Shown here: in pieces, positions 1-8,238 of the stretch
How the letters are laid out: the number at the start of each line of letters is the position of its first letter
Position numbering within the stretch: the stretch's first letter is position 1
Program-made: the position numbers and the translations under genes
The notes under the pieces: model-generated
Seen by the model: only the letters and a program-made list of their open reading frames with translations
Databases searched by the model: none
What the model was told of the DNA's origin: nothing
NCBI GenBank assembly: GCA_964556655.1
Contig: CAZKWY010000001.1
Location: 7,528-71,527 of the forward strand
DNA: 64,000 nt
Direction of reading: 5' to 3'
From: an uncultured Candidatus Saccharibacteria bacterium
GTDB taxonomy: Bacteria; Patescibacteriota; Minisyncoccia; Portnoybacterales; UBA2143

Positions 1-2067
1 AATGCCCTTTACTTTAACTGGAACAATCTGACCGGCATGAAGAATATCATCCACTTTCTCCACACGATAATCAGCTAGTTCAGAAATATGAGCCAGTCCT
101 TCTTGGCCGGGAAGAATCTCTATAAAAGCGCCGAAATCAACAATTTTGACTACTTTCCCTTGGAAGATCTCGCCCGGCTTAACCTCTCTAGTAAGCCCCT
201 TCACCCATTCTAGGGCTTTTCTGCCTGCCTCTTCGTCAATAGAAGCAATATTGACTGTGCCATCATCTTCAATATCAATTTTAACCCCTGTTTGCTCAAT
301 GATTTCGTTGATTACTTTGCCCCCCGGACCAATCACGTTTCTGATCCTATCTGGATTTATTTTAAAGGAAATTACGCGCGGAGCAAAGGGAGACATTTCT
401 GGATTATATTGAGCAATAGCCTCGCTCATCTTTTTAAGAATATCCCGACGCCCCTTTTTCGCCTGGACAAAAACTTCTTTTAATATTTCTAGGGGAATCC
501 CTTCTATTTTAACATCCATTTGCATAGCTGTCACCCCTTTCTCCGTGCCCGCAATTTTACAATCCATATCTCCATGATGATCTTCTGGCCCTTGAATATC
601 AGTCATAATCTTATACTTCTCTGGCGAACTCATCACCAAGCCCATAGCCACACCGCTAACATGTCTTTTCAGAGGCACGCCGGCATCCATTAGAGCTAAG
701 CTTGAACCGCTTACTGCTGCCATAGAAGAAGATCCGTTAGAAGAAAGTATTTCCGAAACTACTCGGATAATATATGGAAAATCATCTTTTTTTGGAATCA
801 AAGGCAGTAAAGCTCTTTCAGCTAAAACGCCGTGGCCAATTTCGCGACGTCCGGGGCCTCTTATAGGGCCAGTTTCTCCAGTGCAGAAAGGAGGGAAGTT
901 GTAATGGTGCATAAAACGCCTTTTCTCCTCTATTTCCATGCCATCAACAAGCTGCTCCTCTCCCGGCGCGCCTAGAGTACAGACTGAAAGCGCTTGCGTC
1001 TCCCCTCTTTGGAAAAGTCCGGAGCCATGCGCTCTGGGCAAAATGCCTGTCTGCGACTTAATTTCTCTTACTTCGTCTAATTTTCTTCCATCAGGTCTTT
1101 TTTCTTCTCCAGCAGACGCCTCTAAAATATTTTTATGAATCAAACGATCAATCTCTTCTTCAAAAAGTTCTTTAATTTGCTTAATTTTTTCTTCGTCTCC
1201 GCGCCCCAACTGTTCTATAAGACCTTTTTCTAGCTCGCCCAATTCTTCCATGCGATGCGATTTGCCAGGCTGATAAAGAACTTTTTCAAGCTTCTCGCCC
1301 AGCCAAGACCTCATCTCTTCCAATAAAGCGCTGTCAGCCTGTTCTATTGGGAAAGAAACTTTAGCAGGATTAATTTCTGTAATAATCTTATTTTGGAAAT
1401 CAATAATCTGTTTGATATGGGGCTGAGCAAAGCTAATAGCTGACAAAACATCATCTTCTGAAATTTCTCCAGCTTCCCCTTCTATCATATTGATTCGGCC
1501 ATTTTTTCCGGCCACCACTAAATCAAGAGCGTTTTCTTCTCTAGCCTGATAAGGAGGATTAAGCAACCATTCTTTTTGGCTTGCCTCTTCTCCCACTAAA
1601 GAGGAGCCGATTCTAACTGCTCCTACTGGCTCTGGCCAAGGAATATCAGAAATGCCTAAAGCCAACGAGACAGCCAGCAGAGCGGGAACATCAGGATCAT
1701 TTTCTTTGTCAAAAGAAAGCACTGTTACTACTGCCTGGATCTCATTCCTTATTTTCTTGTCAAAGCAGGGACGGATGATGCGATCAATCATCCGAGCAGT
1801 TAAAACCGCTTCATTAGATGCCTGCCCTTCCCTTTTGATAAAACGACTGCTTTTTATCTTGCCCGCCGCATAAAGCTTTTCCTCATAATAAACCGAAAGA
1901 GGTAAATAGCTAACTTCTTTCGGCTCCTGGCTGGCCGCTACTGTTGCCAGCACCATAGTTTGGCCATAGGTGATTAGGACCGAGCCATTGGCCTGCTGGG
2001 CCATACGGCCTAATTCTACTTTAAGCTCACGGCCAGCCCATTCTGTTTTGAATTGTTTATACTCCAT
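1..2067 (-). CDS. pnp: Polynucleotide phosphorylase (PNPase), C-terminus truncated by the window edge
   Basis: The reverse-strand translation from the ATG at 2067 reads MEYKQFKTEWAGRELKVELGRMAQQANGSVLI..., the conserved PNPase N-terminus. Two RNase PH domains (FMHHYNFPPFCTGE, GSSSMAAVSGSSLALMDAGVP), KH (GPGGKVINEIIEQTGVKIDIED) and S1 (GKVVKIVDFGAFIEILPGQEGLAHISELA) motifs follow. A TAA sits immediately upstream in frame. The ORF is missing from the track only because it runs off the window start. Confidence 0.9.
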   Translation of the reverse strand, partial: MEYKQFKTEWAGRELKVELGRMAQQANGSVLITYGQTMVLATVAASQEPKEVSYLPLSVYYEEKLYAAGKIKSSRFIKREGQASNEAVLTARMIDRIIRPCFDKKIRNEIQAVVTVLSFDKENDPDVPALLAVSLALGISDIPWPEPVGAVRIGSSLVGEEASQKEWLLNPPYQAREENALDLVVAGKNGRINMIEGEAGEISEDDVLSAISFAQPHIKQIIDFQNKIITEINPAKVSFPIEQADSALLEEMRSWLGEKLEKVLYQPGKSHRMEELGELEKGLIEQLGRGDEEKIKQIKELFEEEIDRLIHKNILEASAGEEKRPDGRKLDEVREIKSQTGILPRAHGSGLFQRGETQALSVCTLGAPGEEQLVDGMEIEEKRRFMHHYNFPPFCTGETGPIRGPGRREIGHGVLAERALLPLIPKKDDFPYIIRVVSEILSSNGSSSMAAVSGSSLALMDAGVPLKRHVSGVAMGLVMSSPEKYKIMTDIQGPEDHHGDMDCKIAGTEKGVTAMQMDVKIEGIPLEILKEVFVQAKKGRRDILKKMSEAIAQYNPEMSPFAPRVISFKINPDRIRNVIGPGGKVINEIIEQTGVKIDIEDDGTVNIASIDEEAGRKALEWVKGLTREVKPGEIFQGKVVKIVDFGAFIEILPGQEGLAHISELADYRVEKVDDILHAGQIVPVKVKGI

Positions 2068-2140
2068 TTAAGAAAGCCAGCCCGAAAATATTAATCCGGC
2101 TTTCGCACAGGCTTTTATCAGCGTCAAGCAACACTGACAA
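2068..2140 (-). promoter_or_regulatory. pnp 5' leader with a stem-loop (GAAAGCC...GGCUUUC)
   Basis: An inverted repeat sits immediately upstream of the pnp start codon on the minus strand. Structured leaders that autoregulate pnp via RNase III are known in other bacteria. Confidence 0.3.
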
Positions 2141-2149
2141 AGGCCTAAA

Positions 2150-2180
2150 CGAAAAAACCCGACTCAATATCAGTCCGGGC
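2150..2180 (-). terminator. Rho-independent terminator after the NYN gene (GCCCGGACUG...AGUCGGG followed by a U-run on the minus strand)
   Basis: A GC-rich hairpin is followed by TTTTTTCG on the minus strand. Confidence 0.5.
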
Positions 2181-2189
2181 ATGGCTGGT

Positions 2190-2696
2190 TTATCTTTTTA
2201 TTAAGTACTTCTCTTTCCCTTCGCCTAAATCAATAAAATCATCGGCAATCTCTTTTAGCTTTCCAGAAGCGCTTTTAGCAAAAGCAATTACTTCGGCTTG
2301 CTGGCCTTTGGCCTTAAGATATTCCAAAAGAGGGATGAAATCGCCATCTCCAGTCACCAGCACTAAAACATCAAGAAGGGGAGATAATTTAACCGCGTCG
2401 ATAGTAATACCGACATCCCAATCTGCTTTTTTGAGACCGCCATAAAAGATTTGCAAATCCTTAACCCTTGTTTCAATGCCCGCTTTTTCCAATGCATTAA
2501 AAAAGGTCTTTTCTTCGCCAGTTTCTGTTCTGATAACATAAGCAACTGCTCTTATCAGCTTGCGTCCTGCTACAGCTGTTTTAAGGACTTCCTTGAAATT
2601 CACCCGCGCTCCGAAGAGATTTTTGGCTGAATGGTACATATTCTGGGCGTCTATCAAAACGCCAACGCGCTGTTCTTTGTGTTTAATAATGCTCAT
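2190..2696 (-). CDS. NYN/LabA-like PIN-fold domain protein
   Basis: 168 aa. The motifs GVLIDAQNMYHS and VLVTGDGDFIPLLEYLKAKG are typical of NYN/LabA (DUF88) predicted RNases. Confidence 0.6.
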   Translation of the reverse strand: MSIIKHKEQRVGVLIDAQNMYHSAKNLFGARVNFKEVLKTAVAGRKLIRAVAYVIRTETGEEKTFFNALEKAGIETRVKDLQIFYGGLKKADWDVGITIDAVKLSPLLDVLVLVTGDGDFIPLLEYLKAKGQQAEVIAFAKSASGKLKEIADDFIDLGEGKEKYLIKR

Positions 2697-2717
2697 TAAC
2701 GACTGAAGAATTAAAAA

Positions 2718-2984
2718 TTAGCGCTTTAAACCAAGTTTCTTGATCACTTTTTTGTAGCGCTTTTCGTTTTCTTTTTTAAGATAATCCAAAAGTTTTCGTC
2801 TTTTAGCGACCATCTTTAAAAGGCCACGCCTAGAATGATTGTCTTTAGGATGCTTCTTAAGGTGTTTAGCCAATTCATCAATTTGCTCGGTTAAAATAGC
2901 TACCTGCACGTCGGAAGATCCAGTGTCTGTATCGTGAGCCTTGAAATCCTCGATAATTTTTGTTTTTTTGTCTTGCTTGATCAT
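2718..2984 (-). CDS. rpsO: 30S ribosomal protein S15
   Basis: 88 aa. [51 protein letters not shown] matches the S15 consensus. It lies upstream of pnp, the conserved rpsO-pnp arrangement. Confidence 0.9.
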   Translation of the reverse strand: MIKQDKKTKIIEDFKAHDTDTGSSDVQVAILTEQIDELAKHLKKHPKDNHSRRGLLKMVAKRRKLLDYLKKENEKRYKKVIKKLGLKR

Positions 2985-3221
2985 AACTAATTATACTTTA
3001 TCAAAAAAAAATAAATAAGGCAAGTTTTTGCCTTAATTATTCTTCTGGTGCAGGATACTTGAATTAGTGCGAACCCACCGCGCCTGCGATGTGGCAGAAC
3101 CCCCGCCAAAAATACAGGCGACGGAGCCGCGCCGCTGACAATTTCAAGTTTTTCTTTGACGGCAAATAATTTTGAGTTTGCGAAGCAAACACTAAAAATA
3201 TGATAACAAATTTTCAAAAAT

Positions 3222-3268
3222 TAAACAAAGAAAAAGCCCGCCAGAGGTCCTTTGGACATGGCGGGCTG
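3222..3268 (-). terminator. Rho-independent terminator for the GC-rich orphan ORF
   Basis: The hairpin GCCCGCCA-(15 nt)-UGGCGGGC is followed by a U-run on the minus strand. Confidence 0.5.
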
Positions 3269-3283
3269 GTGCTGGTGATCGGG

Positions 3284-3625
3284 TCACTTCTTGAACTCAC
3301 TCGGATAGATGACAGTCGTCTCCCAGTCGTCCGGCAGCAGCCTAAGCTCCACAGCCCAACTGCCGATACCGTCGAGAAGAAACTGCCACTTCGCCTCAGT
3401 CAGTTCGTCGATCTCGAAACACACGCAGGAGACCGGCTTCTCGTGGTTTTCCCAAACGCCCTTGTGAGCGAGGTAGCCACGATGCATTACGGTCGTCATG
3501 CCAGCGTTTCGGAGAATCGACGGGTTTCGGTAGCAATACCCCGCTACTTCACCTAAGATGTACCTCCGATCGTACGGCTCTCCGTAGTTTTTAACGATTT
3601 TGTCAAGAACAACGATCTTCGTCAT
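3284..3625 (-). CDS. Hypothetical protein encoded on a GC-rich, atypical insert
   Basis: 113 aa from the ATG at 3625, with a strong AAAGGAG Shine-Dalgarno 7 nt upstream. Local GC is clearly higher than in flanking genes. I recognise no domain. Confidence 0.4.
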   Translation of the reverse strand: MTKIVVLDKIVKNYGEPYDRRYILGEVAGYCYRNPSILRNAGMTTVMHRGYLAHKGVWENHEKPVSCVCFEIDELTEAKWQFLLDGIGSWAVELRLLPDDWETTVIYPSEFKK

Positions 3626-4050
3626 ATTAGCTCTCCTTTGTTTGTTTGGCGGAATTGCCAAACTTGCATCGGAGCGCTTACCCGCTTGCCTCCATTAATG
3701 GAAGGGATGAAGGGTAGAGAACCATACTTCCTCAAAGCCCTGATTATCCGTACAGACTATGAGGTGCCGGGACATACCGGGGTTTCTGGTCGCTTTGCGA
3801 TGATCGTGCGGCTGTGGACGCATGTATCGCTCAGCCAAGCTCTGAAGTGCATACTAGCATATCTATGTATTCCTGTCAAGTGCAACAGAAAAAAGCCCGT
3901 ATTTTAAGGCTTTTTCTAGGAGTTCGTATTGGATTAAAAATTTTTCTTCCTCTCAATCAAAATCGCAAATTCAGTTTTGAGCCGAAAATACACTGCGCGC
4001 GAGCCGCCGAGCACCGCAAGGCGGCGAGCTCTGACTTGCAATTTCCTTTC

Positions 4051-4125
4051 TGGTGCCCCCGCTAGGATTCGAACCTAGAACCAATTGCTTAAGAGGCAAC
4101 TGCTCTGCCATTGAGCTACAGGGGC
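4051..4125 (-). tRNA. tRNA-Lys (anticodon CTT), CCA encoded
   Basis: Manual cloverleaf: acceptor GCCCCTG/CGGGGGC, D-arm GCTC..GAGC, anticodon loop CTCTTAA, T-arm CTAGG-TTCGAAT-CCTAG, discriminator A, then CCA. Confidence 0.8.
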
Positions 4126-4133
4126 GAACAAGG

Positions 4134-4207
4134 CACGCCCGGAAGGACTCGAACCTCCAACCTTATGGTCCGAAGCCATACGCTCTATCCAATTGAGCTA
4201 CGGGCGC
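4134..4207 (-). tRNA. tRNA-Arg (anticodon TCG)
   Basis: Manual cloverleaf: acceptor GCGCCCG/CGGGCGT with a G-U wobble at pair 1-72, D-arm GCTC-AATTGGATA-GAGC, anticodon stem TATGG/CCATA with loop CTTCGGA, T-loop TTCGAGT. Confidence 0.75.
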
Positions 4208-4249
4208 CTTGGTCCGCATATTAGCATAAACAAGCCAAACAGGCAACCC

Positions 4250-4471
4250 TTATTGGCAGTCCTCAGGACAGCTTTCTCTTGTCTCTGGACAAGGACAGCC
4301 AAATGCTTGGCAAACCATTTCTTGACAAACGCCATCGCCACAAAGATCCTGGCATATTTCTGTTTTATTTTCGCCGCCTCCTTTTCTTTCGTTGTTTTCT
4401 CTGGCCAATAAAAAAGCGGCGAAAATAAGAGAAATTACAACTAATAATAAAATTATCTTTTTGTTAAACAT
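4250..4471 (-). CDS. Small secreted or membrane-anchored cysteine-rich protein
   Basis: 73 aa from the ATG at 4471 (the track's longer ORF begins at TTG). An N-terminal hydrophobic segment MFNKKIILLLVVISLIFAAFLLA is followed by 10 Cys in about 35 aa: CQDLCGDGVCQEMVCQAFGCPCPETRESCPEDC. Confidence 0.4.
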   Translation of the reverse strand: MFNKKIILLLVVISLIFAAFLLARENNERKGGGENKTEICQDLCGDGVCQEMVCQAFGCPCPETRESCPEDCQ

Positions 4472-4559
4472 AAAAATTATCTCTTTATTATTGATCAAAA
4501 AGTTGCTCTAAGCGCTTAACCATGATATGATTTTACCGTAAGATCAGCCAATTATCAAT

Positions 4560-5999
4560 ATGGAAAAATTACCTAGTATCATTAAGAATATCCTTGAGAA
4601 ACTGGAGAAAGAAGGCTTTGAAGCTTATGCTGTGGGAGGATGCGTTCGCGACTTGCTCCTCGACAGAGAACCGAAAGACTGGGACATTGCTACTAGCGCT
4701 CTTCCTGAAGAAATTCAAAAAATATTCCCCGAAAGCTTTTACAAAAACAAGTTTGGCACGGTTACCGTTAAAACAAAAAGCTTGGTTGAAACGCTTAAAG
4801 AAGTTGAAATAACCACTTTTAGAACAGAAGAGGGGTATTCTGATAAAAGGCATCCCGACAGAATAGAATTCGCTAAAACGCTTAAAAAAGACCTTTCTAG
4901 AAGAGACTTTACCATCAACGCCCTGGCCTTAAATAAGGAAGAAAAGCTCATCGATTTTTATTGCGGCCAAAAAGATATAGAAAAAAAGTTTCTTCGGGCA
5001 GTCGGGACGCCCAACAAACGATTTGAGGAAGACGCTCTGCGCATGCTAAGAGCTGTTAGGCTGGCCGTAGAGCTCAATTTTAAAATAGAAGAAAAGACTT
5101 TGTCAGCTATAGAAAAAAACGCCGGCTGGCTTCAGGCTATCGCTAAAGAAAGAGTTAGAGACGAATTCTCCAAAATGATTATGACTGACCGCCCTCACCA
5201 AGGGATAGAGCTTTTAAGAAAAAGCGGATTGTTGAAATATATTATTCCAGAATTAGAAAAAGGTATTGGGATAAGCCAAAACCGCCACCATATCTACACC
5301 ATCTATCAACATGCTGTCCTTTCTTTGAAATTTGCCGCCCAGAGGAAATATAGCATGGAAGTTCGCCTTGCCGCTCTTTTGCATGATATTGCCAAACCGC
5401 AGACTAAAAGAGGGGAGGGGCCTGATGCTACTTTCTACAATCACGATAACTTGGGAGCGCGCTTTGCCGTAAAAATCCTTAGTCGATTGAAGTTTCCTAA
5501 AAAAACCATAGAGAAAACAGCCCTTTTAGTACGCTATCATATGTTTGTTTACGGAGTAGAAGAAGTCAGCGAAGCTGGCGTAAGAAGGCTTTTGCGCCGC
5601 GTCGGGCCGGAAAATGTTCAAGATTTAATTGATTTAAGGGTAGCCGACAGGCTGGGTAGCGGATGCCCCAAAGCTGTCCCCTATAAATTACGCCATTTGC
5701 GATATATTATTGAGAAAGTCTCCAAAGATCCTATTTCTCCTAAAATGATCAAAATTAATGGCAGCGACTTAATAGAGCGCCTCGGTCTAGGGCCTGGACC
5801 AAGAATCGGCCTGCTTCTAGAGGCGCTGCTTTCAGAAATTTTAGAAAATCCTAAAATTAATATCAAAAAACACCTTCTTGAGAGAGCCGAAGAGCTAAAC
5901 AAGTTATCTGAAAAGGAATTAGAGAAAAAAACAGAAAGAGTAAAAGAAAGAAAAGAAGAAATAGATCTCCAAACAAAGCAAAAACACTTCGTCAAATAG
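4560..5999 (+). CDS. cca: CCA-adding tRNA nucleotidyltransferase with HD domain
   Basis: 479 aa. The N-terminal pol-beta NTase motif GGCVRDLLLDREPKDWDIAT, the downstream RRDFTINA motif and the HD motif LLHDIAKP are all present, followed by a K/E-rich C-terminal tail. Confidence 0.85.
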   Translation: MEKLPSIIKNILEKLEKEGFEAYAVGGCVRDLLLDREPKDWDIATSALPEEIQKIFPESFYKNKFGTVTVKTKSLVETLKEVEITTFRTEEGYSDKRHPDRIEFAKTLKKDLSRRDFTINALALNKEEKLIDFYCGQKDIEKKFLRAVGTPNKRFEEDALRMLRAVRLAVELNFKIEEKTLSAIEKNAGWLQAIAKERVRDEFSKMIMTDRPHQGIELLRKSGLLKYIIPELEKGIGISQNRHHIYTIYQHAVLSLKFAAQRKYSMEVRLAALLHDIAKPQTKRGEGPDATFYNHDNLGARFAVKILSRLKFPKKTIEKTALLVRYHMFVYGVEEVSEAGVRRLLRRVGPENVQDLIDLRVADRLGSGCPKAVPYKLRHLRYIIEKVSKDPISPKMIKINGSDLIERLGLGPGPRIGLLLEALLSEILENPKINIKKHLLERAEELNKLSEKELEKKTERVKERKEEIDLQTKQKHFVK

Positions 6000-6000
6000 C

Positions 6001-6028
6001 AAGGACTGTCATTCTAGGACAGTCCTTG
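6001..6028. repeat. Palindromic repeat element, copy A (single unit AAGGACTGTCATTCTAGGACAGTCCTTG)
   Basis: A perfect inverted repeat GGACTGTC/GACAGTCC lies between the cca stop and tRNA-Pro. It belongs to the same family as the copies at 8143, 23578 and 23956. Confidence 0.7.
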
Positions 6029-6033
6029 AAAAT

Positions 6034-6104
6034 CGGGATGTAGTATAACGGAAGTACGCATCCTTCGGGTGGATGTAGTCTGGGTTCGATTCCCAGCATC
6101 CCGA
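6034..6104 (+). tRNA. tRNA-Pro (anticodon CGG)
   Basis: Manual cloverleaf: acceptor CGGGATG/CATCCCG, anticodon stem CATCC/GGATG with loop TTCGGGT, T-arm CTGGG-TTCGATT-CCCAG, discriminator A. CCA is not encoded and the variable loop is short (4 nt). Confidence 0.7.
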
Positions 6105-6158
6105 CTAAGATAGTATTTTTTAAAAAAGGTCGAAAAATAAAATAAGGAGAAAAACAAT

Positions 6159-6440
6159 ATGCTTTCGAAGTTGCCCATTGACCTAAAAAAGGTTGATAAA
6201 AACAACATCGACAAAGAAATTCTAAGACTTGGCGTCATCGCAGAACTTGATGCGGTAAGTCTTTACGAACAATTGGCCGCTATGACCGAAAACGAAAAGA
6301 TTAAGAAGATTATGTTTGACGTTGCCAAAGAAGAAAAAACTCATGTAGGGGAGTTTCAAGCACTTCTTTTGCAACTTGACCAGGAGCAAACAAAAGAGCT
6401 AGAAAAAGGCAAAGAAGAAGTAGAAGAAATAACAGAATAA
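6159..6440 (+). CDS. Ferritin-like (rubrerythrin/EncFtn-like) small protein
   Basis: 93 aa. ELDAVSLYEQLAA and the EExxH motif AKEEKTHVGEF are characteristic of small ferritin-like di-iron proteins. Confidence 0.45.
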   Translation: MLSKLPIDLKKVDKNNIDKEILRLGVIAELDAVSLYEQLAAMTENEKIKKIMFDVAKEEKTHVGEFQALLLQLDQEQTKELEKGKEEVEEITE

Positions 6441-6515
6441 GCAGAGAAATGAAAAACTGCCGCAGAAAAAAAGATCTGCGGCAGTTAATGCGCTGGATAA
6501 TTAAGTTCTTAAAAA

Positions 6516-6588
6516 GGGCCAATAGCTCAGCTGGGAGAGCGCAGCATTCGCATTGCTGAGGTCGAGGGTTCGAATCCCTCTTGGTCCA
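6516..6588 (+). tRNA. tRNA-Ala (anticodon CGC)
   Basis: Manual cloverleaf with the G3:U70 alanine identity pair (acceptor GGGCCAA/TTGGTCC), anticodon stem CAGCA/TGCTG with loop TTCGCAT, T-arm GAGGG-TTCGAAT-CCCTC. Confidence 0.8.
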
Positions 6589-6604
6589 CCGAAGAATAAG
6601 TCTT

Positions 6605-6979
6605 ATGCTGGCAAAAGATAAACTAGGCAAAACCGGAGAAAGAATCGCGGAAAAATTCTTAAAAGAAAAAGGTTATTTTATTCTAGCAAAAAACTACAGA
6701 AAACCATGGGGAGAAATTGATATTATTGCCGAACAAAATAAAGAAATAATTTTTGTCGAAGTGAAAACAAGAACAAGTAATAATAAAAACCCAGTTCTTC
6801 CGGAAACGGCAGTTAACTACTACAAGCAAAGAAAGATTATTAAAACAGCCCAAACGTATCTTTTAGAAAAAAGTTACCACGAAGAAACACCTTGGCGAAT
6901 TGATGTTATCGCCATAGAAGTTTCCGCCCTTAAAGAACATCCTCTTATAACCCATATAGAAAACGCTGTCTGGGAATAA
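6605..6979 (+). CDS. YraN-family (UPF0102) endonuclease
   Basis: GERIAEKFLKEKGYFILAKNYRKPWGEIDIIAEQNKEIIFVEVKTR is the YraN signature. I placed the start at the ATG at 6605 because the longer ORF overlaps tRNA-Ala. Confidence 0.65.
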   Translation: MLAKDKLGKTGERIAEKFLKEKGYFILAKNYRKPWGEIDIIAEQNKEIIFVEVKTRTSNNKNPVLPETAVNYYKQRKIIKTAQTYLLEKSYHEETPWRIDVIAIEVSALKEHPLITHIENAVWE

Positions 6980-6995
6980 AAATATTTTTGTCTTC

Positions 6996-8213
6996 TTGCC
7001 AAAACTTAAATTTATGGATTATTCCAAAGAATCTCTTTCTTTGCACAAAAGAAACAAAGGTAAAATAGAAATAAAATCTAAAATAAAGCTTAGCGACAAG
7101 AGAGATTTAAGCCTGGCCTATACTCCTGGCGTAGCCGAACCGTGCAGGAAAATAGATCAGCAGACTTCTCGAGTCTATGATTACACCATTAAGGGCAACA
7201 GCGTAGCAGTAGTCTCCAACGGCACTGCTGTCCTAGGGCTTGGAGACATAGGGCCCCACGCCGCTATGCCAGTAATGGAAGGTAAATGCCTGCTTTTCAA
7301 AAAATTTGCCGGCATTGACGCTTATCCAATATGCCTAGATGCCAAAGACTCTGAAAAAGTAATTGAAATAACTAAAGCAATAGCGCCAGGCTTTGGAGGC
7401 ATCAACCTAGAAGATATCAAAGCGCCTGAGTGTTTTAAAATAGAGGAGAAACTAGCTCGAGAGATAGACATTCCTGTTTTTCACGACGATCAGCATGGCA
7501 CAGCTATTGTTGTTTTAGCGGCTCTTATTAACGCGCTAAAAATCGTCAAAAAAGAAATAGGGGAGACAAAAATTGTCGTTAGCGGAGCAGGAGCCGCTGG
7601 AATAGCCACAGCCAGACTACTTTTAGCAAAAGGCGCGCAAAAAATAATTCTCGTTGACAGAAAAGGAATAATTTACAAGGGTAGGGAAGAGCTAAATCCT
7701 GAAAAACAAAAAATGGCTGAACTAACTAATCCGGAAAAAATCAAGGGCGACCTCCAAGGAGCGCTTGAAAAAGCCGATGTTTTCATCGGCATTTCGTCAG
7801 GCAACCTACTAAAAAAAATAGACATTAAAAAAATGTCCTCTAACGCAATCGTTTTTGCTATGGCCAATCCTATTCCAGAAATTATGCCTGATGAAGCCAA
7901 AAAAGGCGGAGCTATCATTGTTGCCACAGGAAGAAGCGACTTTGAAAACCAGATCAATAATGTTCTCGTTTTCCCAGGTTTTTTTAGAGGGCTTTTAGAT
8001 AGTCGGGCTAAAAAAATAACCACGGAAATGAAATTATCTGCCGCCCACGCCCTAGCCAAGATAGTTAAAAATCCTACTCCCAAAAAGATCATTCCTTCGG
8101 TTTTTGAGAAAAATATTGCCAAAATCATATCGTCAAACATCCAAGGACTGTCAAAAAAGGACTGTCCTAAAATTACAGTCCTTGGAAGGACTGTCAAAAA
8201 AGGACTGTCCTAA
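6996..8213 (+). CDS. NAD(P)-dependent malic enzyme (small type), with the last ~23 codons supplied by a palindromic repeat element
   Basis: 405 aa. [27 protein letters not shown] and [11 protein letters not shown] are malic-enzyme motifs. The C-terminal [23 protein letters not shown] is encoded by repeat copy B. Confidence 0.8.
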   Translation: MPKLKFMDYSKESLSLHKRNKGKIEIKSKIKLSDKRDLSLAYTPGVAEPCRKIDQQTSRVYDYTIKGNSVAVVSNGTAVLGLGDIGPHAAMPVMEGKCLLFKKFAGIDAYPICLDAKDSEKVIEITKAIAPGFGGINLEDIKAPECFKIEEKLAREIDIPVFHDDQHGTAIVVLAALINALKIVKKEIGETKIVVSGAGAAGIATARLLLAKGAQKIILVDRKGIIYKGREELNPEKQKMAELTNPEKIKGDLQGALEKADVFIGISSGNLLKKIDIKKMSSNAIVFAMANPIPEIMPDEAKKGGAIIVATGRSDFENQINNVLVFPGFFRGLLDSRAKKITTEMKLSAAHALAKIVKNPTPKKIIPSVFEKNIAKIISSNIQGLSKKDCPKITVLGRTVKKGLS

Positions 8214-8232
8214 AATTACAGTCCTTGGAAAG
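8143..8232. repeat. Palindromic repeat element, copy B (two tandem ~43-bp units)
   Basis: The unit AAGGACTGTCAAAAAAGGACTGTCCTAAAATTACAGTCCTTGG occurs twice and is 90 bp in total. It overlaps the malic enzyme 3' end and lies just upstream of the trxB-like start. Confidence 0.8.
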
Positions 8233-8238
8233 GGATTA

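Noticed and set aside
4569-4951. Overlapping small ORFs within cca on both strands
   Set aside because: The cca reading frame is conserved end-to-end with NTase and HD motifs. The embedded ORFs show no independent signals.
8143-8232. Possible CRISPR array, given directly repeated ~43-bp units
   Set aside because: There are only two tandem units with no unique spacers. They belong to the dispersed palindromic element family found at three other sites, and no cas genes are present in the window.
8104-8238. N-terminal extension of the trxB-like ORF ([11 protein letters not shown]...)
   Set aside because: It lies inside the malic enzyme 3' end and the repeat element. The conserved flavoprotein N-terminus begins at the ATG at 8239, which has a good Shine-Dalgarno.
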